Shown piece by piece: positions 1 to 9,469 of a DNA stretch of 64,000 nucleotides. The stretch is from Gammaproteobacteria bacterium. Lineage in GTDB: Bacteria > Pseudomonadota > Gammaproteobacteria > Poriferisulfidales > GCA-002705445. The translations under genes and the position numbers were made by a program. A model generated the notes under the pieces. It did not search any database, was not told the origin of the DNA, and saw only the letters and a list, made by a program, of their open reading frames with translations. The stretch is from NCBI GenBank assembly GCA_045561235.1, contig JBJKYB010000002.1, positions 594,962-658,961 on the forward strand, in the 5' to 3' direction. Positions within the stretch are counted from its first letter, which is position 1; the number at the start of each line of letters is the position of its first letter.

Positions 1-20
1 ACATTTTAAACATAAGGTGA

Positions 21-1703
<1,683 letters not shown>

Positions 1704-1729
1704 CTCAATATTGTTATTTAGAAAATATA

Positions 1730-1762
1730 TAAAAAAGTCCTGCAAGTCGGGGCTTTTTTTTT
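1730..1762 (+). terminator. Putative intrinsic terminator after groEL: a weak short hairpin followed by a T9 run.
   Basis: The sequence aaaaaagtcctgcaagtcggggcttttttttt lies directly after the groEL stop. The stem is short (CCTG/CGGG), so the call is tentative. Confidence 0.35.
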
Positions 1763-2318
1763 GCATAATACAGATATGAAAATTAAGAATCATTTGCTAG
1801 AAGACATTAAATTTCTTAGCTCCCCAAATTACAATGAGAGATCGTCAGAAAATAATATATCTTTAATTGTCCTTCATAGCATAAGTTTGCCCCCTACTGT
1901 TTTTGGCAATAATTATGTGGAAGATTTCTTCACAAATAATTTACCTAAAACAAAGCATGATTATCTAAATAATATTAGAAAATTAAAAGTTTCTTCTCAT
2001 ATTTATATAAAAAGAACTGGAGAAATAGTACAGTTTGTTCCTTTTGATAAGAGATCATGGCATGCTGGTGAATCGTCATTTGAAAATTTAGCAGATTGTA
2101 ATGATTATTCTATAGGTATTGAATTAGAAGGTTGTGATGACATAGCATTTGAAGATATTCAGTATTTTAAGTTAGCAGAAGTTATCAATTGTTTGATAGG
2201 AAATTATAAAAGTTTAACCCCTGAGAGAATTGTATCGCACTCAGATATTGCCCCGAATCGGAAAACAGACCCAGGGCCATTATTTGACTGGAAAAGACTT
2301 AAAACCATGATAAAATAA
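1761..2318 (+). CDS. ampD: N-acetylmuramoyl-L-alanine amidase AmpD (anhydro-muropeptide amidase). The likely true start is the ATG at 1776 (MKIKNHL...).
   Basis: Conserved amidase_2 motifs (HxISLPP, GEIVQFVPFDKRSWHAG, IGIELEG, DIAPNRKTDPGP). Length about 180 aa matches E. coli AmpD. Confidence 0.85.
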   Translation: MHNTDMKIKNHLLEDIKFLSSPNYNERSSENNISLIVLHSISLPPTVFGNNYVEDFFTNNLPKTKHDYLNNIRKLKVSSHIYIKRTGEIVQFVPFDKRSWHAGESSFENLADCNDYSIGIELEGCDDIAFEDIQYFKLAEVINCLIGNYKSLTPERIVSHSDIAPNRKTDPGPLFDWKRLKTMIK

Positions 2319-2343
2319 ATTGTTTATTAAATGGAGTATGAAT

Positions 2344-2439
2344 ATGATAGGTTGGGCTTGGATCACAATAGGGGCAGTAGTTTTAGCTGTTGTAATTATG
2401 CAAATCGCCGCAAGATTTGCAGATTATGACGAGAAATAA
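2344..2439 (+). CDS. Unannotated small ORF encoding a 31-aa single-TM hydrophobic peptide (MIGWAWITIGAVVLAVVIMQIAARFADYDEK).
   Basis: ATG at 2344 lies 7 nt after a GGAG. The hydrophobic core is followed by a charged tail. It sits in an otherwise empty 190-bp spacer before gshA. Below the ORF-track length cutoff. Confidence 0.35.
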   Translation: MIGWAWITIGAVVLAVVIMQIAARFADYDEK

Positions 2440-2508
2440 TACATCAATTATTAAAAAAATTTAAAGTTGTATTAAGCTTTATATTTGCTCATTAGCTAGG
2501 TATTTTTT

Positions 2509-4071
2509 ATGAATGATAAGTTTTTGAAGAATTTATCTCAGCACGCTTGTTCATTATTTTTGGCGGACTCAAAAATCGGTTTAGAGAAAGAATCTCTAAG
2601 AGTTGATAAAAATGGAACAATTTCTCTTAAGATGCATCCAGAAATATTTGGATCTTCTTTGACCAATAAATATATAACCACAGATTATTCTGAAGCTTTA
2701 ATTGAAATCGTCTCACCTCCGTGTAGCTCACATCAAGAGGCATTAAACTATATAAAACATATCATTGGATATATATATAAAAACCTAGATGGTGAATATC
2801 TTTGGCCTGCAAGTATGCCATGCATTATTGCTGGTGATAAAAGTATCCCCATAGCATATTATGGCACATCTAATGCAGCTAGAATGAAAACAACTTATCG
2901 ACGGGGGCTAGGAAACAGGTATGGAAGAGTAATGCAGGTAATTTCTGGCATACATTTTAATTATTCTTTTTCTGATGAATTTTGGAATTCTTATATAAAA
3001 TTCAAAAATTCAAGACTTAACACTAAAGATTTTAAATCTGAGCAGTACTTTATAATATCAAGAAACCTATTAAGAAATGATTGGATGATAGCTTATTTAT
3101 TTGGCTGTTCACCTGCAGTTTGTAAATCTTATTTATCAGGTAAAAAAACACAGCTTGAGTCATTTGATCAACATACTTATTATGAAAAAAATGCAACATC
3201 TCTTCGTATGGGTGACATTGGTTATCAAAATAATTTAGAAGAGAATATGGGCGTTCATATTGATTATAATTCTTTAGAAAAATATACAGAAAGTCTTACA
3301 AGAGCTATAAAAGAGCCAAGCGACGAGTATAAAAAAATAGGAGTTTTTTCAGACGGATACTATAAACAAATTAATGAAAATATATTACAAATAGAAAATG
3401 AATATTACAGCTCAGTTAGGCCAAAACCTGATCCATCTTATACTTGCAGGCCCTCAAAAGGATTATTAAAAGGAGGTGTTAATTACATTGAACTGAGATC
3501 TATTGATAATAATATATACACAAATACTGGTATAGATCTAGAACAAATGTATTTTATCGAGCTTTTAATAATTCATAGCTTAATTCAAAAAAATGATGAA
3601 ATATCTGATAAAGAATATTTTGAAATAAAAAGTAATCTGACTACTGTAGCTCACAACGGCAGGGATAAAAATTGTACTATAAAAGTCAATGGAAAAAATA
3701 CATTACTTATATCGTCTTTAGAAAAAAACTTAGAGGAATTAAAAAAATTAGCAAGTTTAATGGATAAAATAACAGGCGATAAAAACTATAAAGAAACTAT
3801 TGAAAAACAGATAATGAAATTAAATGATAATACAAAACTCCCATCAAATATTGTGATAGATTACATGACTAAAAATAAATTAAGTTTTTATGAGTATTGC
3901 ATGAAAAATATTGAGCATCAAAAAAAATATTTTAGAGATTTAGATATTAATACGGATATAATGAATAAGCTAAAAGGAGAGATAGATAATTCTTTAAAGA
4001 AAAGACATGATCTTGAGATTGATTTAGATGAAAGTTATGAAACATATATTAAAAATTATTTTAAAGATTAA
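2509..4071 (+). CDS. gshA: Glutamate--cysteine ligase (gamma-glutamylcysteine synthetase), E. coli GshA type.
   Basis: 520 aa against 518 aa in E. coli GshA. Colinear motifs: ESLRVDKNGT, HPE.FGSSLTNKYITTDYSEALIE, MPC(I/Y)IAG, YGTSN, GIHFNYS, ATSLR, GGVNYIELRSID. Confidence 0.9.
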   Translation: MNDKFLKNLSQHACSLFLADSKIGLEKESLRVDKNGTISLKMHPEIFGSSLTNKYITTDYSEALIEIVSPPCSSHQEALNYIKHIIGYIYKNLDGEYLWPASMPCIIAGDKSIPIAYYGTSNAARMKTTYRRGLGNRYGRVMQVISGIHFNYSFSDEFWNSYIKFKNSRLNTKDFKSEQYFIISRNLLRNDWMIAYLFGCSPAVCKSYLSGKKTQLESFDQHTYYEKNATSLRMGDIGYQNNLEENMGVHIDYNSLEKYTESLTRAIKEPSDEYKKIGVFSDGYYKQINENILQIENEYYSSVRPKPDPSYTCRPSKGLLKGGVNYIELRSIDNNIYTNTGIDLEQMYFIELLIIHSLIQKNDEISDKEYFEIKSNLTTVAHNGRDKNCTIKVNGKNTLLISSLEKNLEELKKLASLMDKITGDKNYKETIEKQIMKLNDNTKLPSNIVIDYMTKNKLSFYEYCMKNIEHQKKYFRDLDINTDIMNKLKGEIDNSLKKRHDLEIDLDESYETYIKNYFKD

Positions 4072-4463
4072 TGAGTTTTAGAATCATACAATTTGAAGGT
4101 CTTGATGTTTTTTTAAAGAATGATGAAAATAACATCTCTATTTTTTTTGAAAATGCACATATAAAAAAAACGATGGATGATGCAGAAGAAAAAACTTTGT
4201 GGAAGCAAAGTGGTTCAATTGAATTAAGAGGTATTACCAAAAAAAATAATTCTATCCCCAGAAGACTAAAAATTCTATCAATAAATATAAGTTACGATTT
4301 TTATACTTATAAAAATATTTTAATGCTCCCTTTTCGTAAAAGAGGAGACATAGAATTGATATTAAATGAGAGTAAAGAAAATTTGGATATAAATTGTTGC
4401 GAGATAGAAATATTACTTTCTGATCAACCCAAATATATTAAACATATTAAGAAAAAGGAGTAA
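4071..4463 (+). CDS. Hypothetical protein (130 aa), translationally coupled to gshA by a TAATG overlap.
   Basis: ORF with a 1-nt overlap of the gshA stop. I recognise no family. Retained because of its operon context. Confidence 0.45.
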   Translation: MSFRIIQFEGLDVFLKNDENNISIFFENAHIKKTMDDAEEKTLWKQSGSIELRGITKKNNSIPRRLKILSINISYDFYTYKNILMLPFRKRGDIELILNESKENLDINCCEIEILLSDQPKYIKHIKKKE

Positions 4464-4466
4464 TAA

Positions 4467-5366
4467 ATGAAGCTATACATGATTAATTATAAAGATCAAG
4501 ATTTATTAGCTTTAGAAAAAGAAGAAGATATCTATATCATCCCAGGCACTTTAAAAAATTGCCCTGAATATTTTCGATCAATAGAAAATTTTTTAAATTA
4601 TGGTGACAAAAATTGCGAAAAACTACTTGATTTTATTAACTCCTCAAAATTAGAAGAGATAAAAATTAAAAAAAATAAGATTTTACCTCCGATTATAAAA
4701 ACCCCGCAAAATATAATGTGTATGGGTTTGAATTATGAGGATCATATCAAAGAATCAGAGAAGGTATTTTTAAAAGATATTAAAAGACCCAAGTATCCGA
4801 TAATATTTACTAAATCTACCTTCAGTATAAATGCACCTTTTGGAGATATTCCTCTCAGAAAAGATGTTTCTTCAGAGTTAGACTGGGAATCAGAGCTTGC
4901 TTTAGTTATTGGTAAACCAGGTATACATATTAAAAAGGAGGAGGCTTACAATCATATTTTTGGTTACATGGTATTGAATGATATATCCGCAAGAGACATA
5001 CAAAGAAATCATAAGCAATTTTTTTTAGGGAAAAGTTTGCCTGGAGCATGTCCAATAGGACCATGTATTGTTTCAAAAGACGAAATTAATAATCCACATG
5101 ACCTAAAAATATCTTGCAAAGTAAATGACGTTATAAAGCAGGAATCAAATACAAAGTATCAAATATTTGATATACCATCTCAAATAGAAGCAATTTCAAA
5201 AAGTACTTATCTTGCAGCAGGAGATATTATTGCAACTGGAACGCCAAGCGGAGTTGGATTTGCAAGAACTCCACCTGAATTTTTAAAACACGGTGATATT
5301 GTTGAATGTGAAATTGAAAATATTGGAAAAATTGTTAATAAAGTTGTTGAACAATTTTACCAGTAA
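4467..5366 (+). CDS. Fumarylacetoacetate hydrolase (FAH) family protein: 2-keto-4-pentenoate hydratase / oxaloacetate decarboxylase-like.
   Basis: C-terminal ~220 aa carry FAH-fold motifs (IMCMGLNYEDH, P(I)IFTKS, SELDWESELALVIGK, DISARD, K.FDIPSQIE, GDIIATGTP.GVG). Confidence 0.8.
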   Translation: MKLYMINYKDQDLLALEKEEDIYIIPGTLKNCPEYFRSIENFLNYGDKNCEKLLDFINSSKLEEIKIKKNKILPPIIKTPQNIMCMGLNYEDHIKESEKVFLKDIKRPKYPIIFTKSTFSINAPFGDIPLRKDVSSELDWESELALVIGKPGIHIKKEEAYNHIFGYMVLNDISARDIQRNHKQFFLGKSLPGACPIGPCIVSKDEINNPHDLKISCKVNDVIKQESNTKYQIFDIPSQIEAISKSTYLAAGDIIATGTPSGVGFARTPPEFLKHGDIVECEIENIGKIVNKVVEQFYQ

Positions 5367-6103
5367 TTTTCCGTTGTTATATGACCAGGGGAACTTCTTC
5401 TATGTTTTTTTAAGCCAATCTTTTTTAATTCCACTGTTGTGTCTTTTAACATTGCAGGATTACCACATATCATTACGTGAGTATTATTAGGATTCATTTG
5501 TATGTTGGCTTCTTTTTCGAGTACTCCATTACCAATATCTTTTGGTATTCTTCCTCTTAAAGAAGTACTTGTTTCTTCTCTACTAACATAACTAATGTAA
5601 ATAAATCTATCACCATACTGATCTTTAATATCTCTTATTGTGTCTTGATAGGTAAGTTCTTTTTCATATCTTACCGCATGAACAAGAACAACTTTTTTAA
5701 ACTTAGTCCACGAGTCTTTTGTTTTTAAAATAGATAAGTATGGCCCAATAGCAGTACCTGTAGCCAACATCCATATATTTTCTGTTATAGGAATTTCGTT
5801 AAGAATTAAGAAACCATTTCCTTTTGGACCAATATTGATATTATCACCTTCTTTTAACTTCTGCATTGCAGTAGATAAAGGTCCATTAGGAACAGAAACA
5901 GAATAAAATTCTAAAATATCTTCATTTGGTGAATTAACGAAAGAATAGGGCCTTGCTACTTCTTGGTCATTAATAGATAAAGATACTTTTGTATATTGTC
6001 CAGCAATAAATTCTACGTTTGGTGCGCTCACTTTTACAGAGTATAGAGTCTCAGTCCAATGCTTAACATCAACAACTTCACCTTGTACCCATTTTTCTGT
6101 CAT
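5357..6103 (-). CDS. fpr: Ferredoxin/flavodoxin--NADP+ reductase.
   Basis: 248 aa, identical length to E. coli Fpr. Motifs W..G.V..V..WT..L(Y/F)S, AGQ(Y/F)TK, R.YS, WMLATGTAIGPYLSIL, VSRE, MICGNP, HRR..GH(I/M)T.E.YW. Confidence 0.9.
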   Translation of the reverse strand: MTEKWVQGEVVDVKHWTETLYSVKVSAPNVEFIAGQYTKVSLSINDQEVARPYSFVNSPNEDILEFYSVSVPNGPLSTAMQKLKEGDNINIGPKGNGFLILNEIPITENIWMLATGTAIGPYLSILKTKDSWTKFKKVVLVHAVRYEKELTYQDTIRDIKDQYGDRFIYISYVSREETSTSLRGRIPKDIGNGVLEKEANIQMNPNNTHVMICGNPAMLKDTTVELKKIGLKKHRRSSPGHITTENYW

Positions 6104-6192
6104 AATATTATTAAATCTTTTATTAAAATGGTTATACTATACATAATAAAATTTAAGGCAATCAATAAATTAGCAAAAATCTAATAATACAT

Positions 6193-7707
6193 ATGAACAT
6201 AAATTATATAAAAGAAATTAATGAAAGTAGAGTTTACGATGTTTCCACAAAAACACCTATTTCATTACTAAATAAAATGTCTCTTCAATATAGTAATAAA
6301 ATTTATCTTAAGAGAGAAGATTTGCAGCCTATATTTTCTTTTAAATGTAGAGGTGCTTATAATAAAATTAGTAGTCTAAGTCATGAGGAAAAAGCCTCAG
6401 GAATTATTGCGGCTTCTGCTGGGAACCATGCCCAAGGAGTTGCATTATCAGCAAGTAAGTTAAATATTAAAGCAACTATTGTAATGCCAACAACAACACC
6501 ATCTATTAAAATTGAGTCAGTACGAAAATTTGGGGTGAAAGTTGAATTAATTGGAGACTCCTTTGATGAGGCTTATGAATATGCTTTGGAAGTTTCACGA
6601 AATGAAGGAATGGTCTTCATACACCCTTTTGACGACCCACTTGTTATTGCTGGACAAGGAACAGTTGCTAAAGAAATTGTAGAAGAGTTTAAAGATGAGC
6701 CCGATATATTTTTTATTCCAGTTGGTGGAGGTGGTTTAATATCTGGCATGTCACTGTATTTAAAGAAACATTATCCAAATTCAAAAGTTTATGGTGTTGA
6801 ATCAGAAGATGCCCCGACGCTTTTTAAATCTTTAGAGAATGGAAAGCCTACAAGTTTAGATCAAGTCGGTTTATTCGTTGATGGTTGTGCTGTTAAAAGA
6901 ATAGGTGAAGAAACATTCAAAATTTCCAAAAAATATGTCGATGGAGTAATACTTGTCTCTATTGATGAAATATGTGCTGCTATCAAAGATATCTACGAAG
7001 ACACAAGAGTTATGTCTGAACCAGCTGGTGCATTGGCAGTTGCTGGTATGGAAAAATTCTTATTATCAAATCACGTTAAGGATAAGAAAATAATAGCTGT
7101 CAATTCAGGAGCAAATTTAAATTTTGATCGGTTAAGGCATGTTACCGAGAGAGCTGAAATTGGTGAAGGTAAGGAAATATTATTATCTGTTAAAATACCG
7201 GAGAAACCAGGAAGTTTTAGATCATTTTGCGAGATTATTGGCAAAAGAAGTATTAGTGAATTTAATTATAGATTCGCGAATGAAAAATCTGCAAACGTTT
7301 TTGTAGGGGTAAAAACTGATGAAATCGAAGAAGATTCAAAATGTATATTTGAGGATTTAAGAAATAATAAATATAGCTATATTGATTTAACTCAAAATGA
7401 GGTAGCGAAGCTTCATTTAAGATATATGGTTGGAGGGAAACCAACCTCAATCATAAATGAGAAATTATTTAGGTTTGAGTTTCCGGAAAAGCCTGGAGCT
7501 TTATTAAACTTTTTAAATAAAATGAAAAAAGATTGGAGTATAACTTTATTTCATTATAGAAATCATGGTGCTGCTTTTGGAAGAGTCTTAGTTGGTATTG
7601 ATATCGGAAATGATAATGAAAATAGTCTTAAAGGGTTTTTACAGTATTTAGATTATAAATATACTGAAGAAACTCAAAACGAAGGATACAGCTCATTTCT
7701 TAAATAA
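6193..7707 (+). CDS. ilvA: Biosynthetic threonine dehydratase (threonine ammonia-lyase) with tandem C-terminal regulatory domains.
   Basis: 504 aa. PLP motif FSFKCRGAYNK, glycine-rich loop GGGGLISG. The long C-terminal region is typical of biosynthetic IlvA. Confidence 0.92.
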   Translation: MNINYIKEINESRVYDVSTKTPISLLNKMSLQYSNKIYLKREDLQPIFSFKCRGAYNKISSLSHEEKASGIIAASAGNHAQGVALSASKLNIKATIVMPTTTPSIKIESVRKFGVKVELIGDSFDEAYEYALEVSRNEGMVFIHPFDDPLVIAGQGTVAKEIVEEFKDEPDIFFIPVGGGGLISGMSLYLKKHYPNSKVYGVESEDAPTLFKSLENGKPTSLDQVGLFVDGCAVKRIGEETFKISKKYVDGVILVSIDEICAAIKDIYEDTRVMSEPAGALAVAGMEKFLLSNHVKDKKIIAVNSGANLNFDRLRHVTERAEIGEGKEILLSVKIPEKPGSFRSFCEIIGKRSISEFNYRFANEKSANVFVGVKTDEIEEDSKCIFEDLRNNKYSYIDLTQNEVAKLHLRYMVGGKPTSIINEKLFRFEFPEKPGALLNFLNKMKKDWSITLFHYRNHGAAFGRVLVGIDIGNDNENSLKGFLQYLDYKYTEETQNEGYSSFLK

Positions 7708-7735
7708 AAAAAAGGCCTCTTACGAGGCCTTAAAT
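7708..7735. terminator. Bidirectional intrinsic terminator between the convergent ilvA and H1-like genes.
   Basis: Perfect hairpin GGCCTC-ttac-GAGGCC (7714-7729), preceded by A8 and followed by a T-rich stretch, so it can terminate transcripts from both strands. Confidence 0.6.
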
Positions 7736-7754
7736 TTCTTACTAACGAAATTAA

Positions 7755-8093
7755 CTATTTCTTCTTACGTTTCGCTTTTTTCTTTGCTACTTTACGTTTC
7801 ACTTTCTTTTTAGTAGCTTTTTTCTTAGCCTTCTTTTTAGCTACTTTCTTTTTCACTTTCTTTTTAGTAGCTTTTTTCTTAGCTTTCTTTTTAACTACTT
7901 TCTTTTTCGCTACTTTACGTTTCACTTTCTTTTTAGTAGCTTTTTTCTTAGCTTTCTTTTTAACTTTCTTTTTAGCAACTTTCTTTTTAGCTGCTTTACG
8001 TTTTGTAACTTTCTTCTTAGCTGCCTTACGTACTACTTTCTTTTTAGCAGCTTTTTTTCTTACTACTTTTTTCTTCTTACGTTTAATGGCCAT
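7755..8093 (-). CDS. Histone H1-like lysine/alanine-rich nucleoid protein (AlgP/Hc1/BpH1-like), about 112 aa. The likely start is the ATG at 8093, 6 nt after a GGAGG. The ORF-track start at 8111 is a GTG.
   Basis: The protein is almost entirely K/A/V/T/R, with a repeated KKKAKKKATKKKVK(R/K)KVAKK unit. The underlying DNA contains about 69-bp near-perfect tandem repeats. A strong SD (GGAGGattcaaATG) precedes the start. Confidence 0.75.
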   Translation of the reverse strand: MAIKRKKKKVVRKKAAKKKVVRKAAKKKVTKRKAAKKKVAKKKVKKKAKKKATKKKVKRKVAKKKVVKKKAKKKATKKKVKKKVAKKKAKKKATKKKVKRKVAKKKAKRKKK

Positions 8094-8159
8094 TTGAATC
8101 CTCCAAAACACTTAAAGTTTGTTATCAGATAAAAGTTTAATGATATTAAAGTTAAATAC

Positions 8160-8560
8160 AATCTTTTTTTTCATAAAAAAATATTGATATGTTTTTTTTT
8201 GTTTATTTACATGTTTTTTTAATTTTTTTATTAACAAAAATAAAAAAATAAGTTTTTTTGATGTTTTTTTGATGTTTTTTTGATGTTTTTTGTAATTTTA
8301 TTAACAAAATAAAAAAAAATAAGTTTTTTTTGATGTTTTTTTGCTTTTTTTTAGTTAATTCACATAAAATTTTTTTTATTAACACTTTTTTTCTTTTTTT
8401 TTACTTTTTTTTTACTTTTTTTTTACTTTTTTAATATTTTTTTAGCTTTTTTATGCTTTTTTTATGTTTTTTTAACTTTTTAATGTTTTTTTACTTTTTT
8501 TTCCGTTTTTTTTACATTTTTTTTATTTACATGACAATAAATTTTTTTTAAAACTCTTTT
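8160..8560. repeat. Array of about 30 homopolymeric T tracts (A tracts on the minus strand), each 5-10 nt, phased at 9-11 bp. Predicted to be strongly intrinsically curved DNA. It also holds three copies of TTATTAACA(A) at 8228, 8298 and 8376.
   Basis: Read directly: (GTTTTTTTGAT)x3-4 at 8253-8295 with 11-bp spacing. Tract starts at 8394, 8405, 8416, 8427, 8437, 8447, 8457, 8467, 8477, 8486, 8495, 8506 and 8517 give spacings of 11,11,11,10,10,10,10,10,9,9,11,11. No ORF is plausible here. The track ORF 8203..8385 is an artefact of the A-richness. Confidence 0.85.
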
Positions 8561-8617
8561 TGAGCATATTATTTTTTTTAGATTAAATGTTTAGAAAAAA
8601 ATTATATTCTTATTGAA

Positions 8618-8798
8618 GGTAAAACCGATGTACCGTTATTGTATATTTTCCTTGAACCGATAAGTTCAGGTGGGTTTAAGTTTTATACATTAGGCTACCT
8701 AAAATATTATAGGTTTGCTCACCTGTAATAATTTACTTAATCCCTATTTTAAAATTAGGAACAAAGATATAACTACTATATCGCGTACATCAGTTATT
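8618..8798 (-). ncRNA. ssrS: 6S RNA (SsrS) candidate, about 180 nt, directly downstream of zapA as in E. coli.
   Basis: On the minus strand the 5' end ...CTGATGTACGCG... can pair with the 3' end ...CGGTACATCGG (closing stem). The 3'-proximal element CACCTGAAC-ttatcg-GTTCAAGG matches the E. coli 6S element CACCTTGAACC-aag-GGTTCAAGG as I recall it from memory. It lies in a 290-bp noncoding gap after zapA. Confidence 0.6.
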
Positions 8799-8848
8799 TT
8801 TAAAATATATCAAATAAAAATAGAATAAACCAGTTTAAAATATCTTTT

Positions 8849-9151
8849 TTAGTTTTCTAGAACGGCGTTTATTTTTTGATGGAGTTCTAAAATTCTTTCT
8901 CTTATTGAGAAATTCAATGTATTAGTAATATCTTTATGGTTCAGAGAATCATTTGCAAAATTTAAAGCTGAAATTACAGCTATTCTGTCCAGGCCAATAG
9001 TCTTTCCTTCCGATTTTGTTTTCATCATCTTATCATTAAGTAACTCAGCAGATTTATATAGATCATCTTTTTCATTCTCTTGGCAAAAAATATCATAATT
9101 CTGATTAAGAATTTTAACTGTTACAGGAATTTTTTTATTTTGATCGTTCAT
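8849..9151 (-). CDS. zapA: Cell division protein ZapA (Z-ring-associated protein).
   Basis: 100 aa. The layout is ZapA-like, with an N-terminal beta region (VTVKILNQNYDI), a GLDRIAVISALN core and a coiled-coil tail. Its position upstream of ssrS and pepP matches the E. coli order ygfB-zapA-ssrS. Confidence 0.7.
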   Translation of the reverse strand: MNDQNKKIPVTVKILNQNYDIFCQENEKDDLYKSAELLNDKMMKTKSEGKTIGLDRIAVISALNFANDSLNHKDITNTLNFSIRERILELHQKINAVLEN

Positions 9152-9423
9152 TGTTGGGTATACTCCAAAGATCTTAATCTGTTTATTATACCTTCAACTT
9201 TATTTTGTACTTTTTGGTTTTTTTCTTTAATTTTAAATTTTTCAGCTACTTCCTGTTCTTGTCTTTCTTTTAATAGTTGATTTTCTTTTTTAAGATCTAA
9301 ATATTTATTAGACAATTCCTCTATTTTGACCTCGAGATCGTCTAACTCTTTATTTAGTGTAGATATTATGTGATCATTATTCATATATAATGTCATACTA
9401 TTATTGCCAGCATTATAGGTCAA
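9148..9423 (-). CDS. zapB: ZapB-like coiled-coil cell division protein (about 90 aa).
   Basis: Heptad-rich sequence (LNKELDDLEVKIEELSNKYLDLKKENQLLKERQEQ) similar to E. coli ZapB. Its stop overlaps the zapA start by 4 nt. Confidence 0.55.
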   Translation of the reverse strand: MTYNAGNNSMTLYMNNDHIISTLNKELDDLEVKIEELSNKYLDLKKENQLLKERQEQEVAEKFKIKEKNQKVQNKVEGIINRLRSLEYTQQ

Positions 9424-9469
9424 TAGATAAATACAAAATAAATAAATATTAATTTTTTGGGCTTCAAAT

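Noticed and set aside
5293-5490. 65-aa plus-strand ORF overlapping the end of the FAH gene and the fpr 3' end
   Set aside because: Convergent overlap zone of two well-supported genes. No start context. Hydrophobic shadow-frame product.
8203-8385. Track ORF (60 aa, Lys-rich) inside the A-tract array
   Set aside because: It is a product of A-rich DNA (AAA = Lys) with no SD. Its frame is interrupted by the repeat structure and it lies where the 6S RNA 3' flank and the H1-like promoter are expected.
8160-8560. T/A-tract array as a chromosomal replication origin or a CRISPR-like array
   Set aside because: No DnaA boxes (TTATCCACA/TGTGGATAA) and no dnaA/dnaN/gidA nearby. The 11-bp units are homopolymer-based with no unique spacers and no cas genes, so this is not CRISPR.
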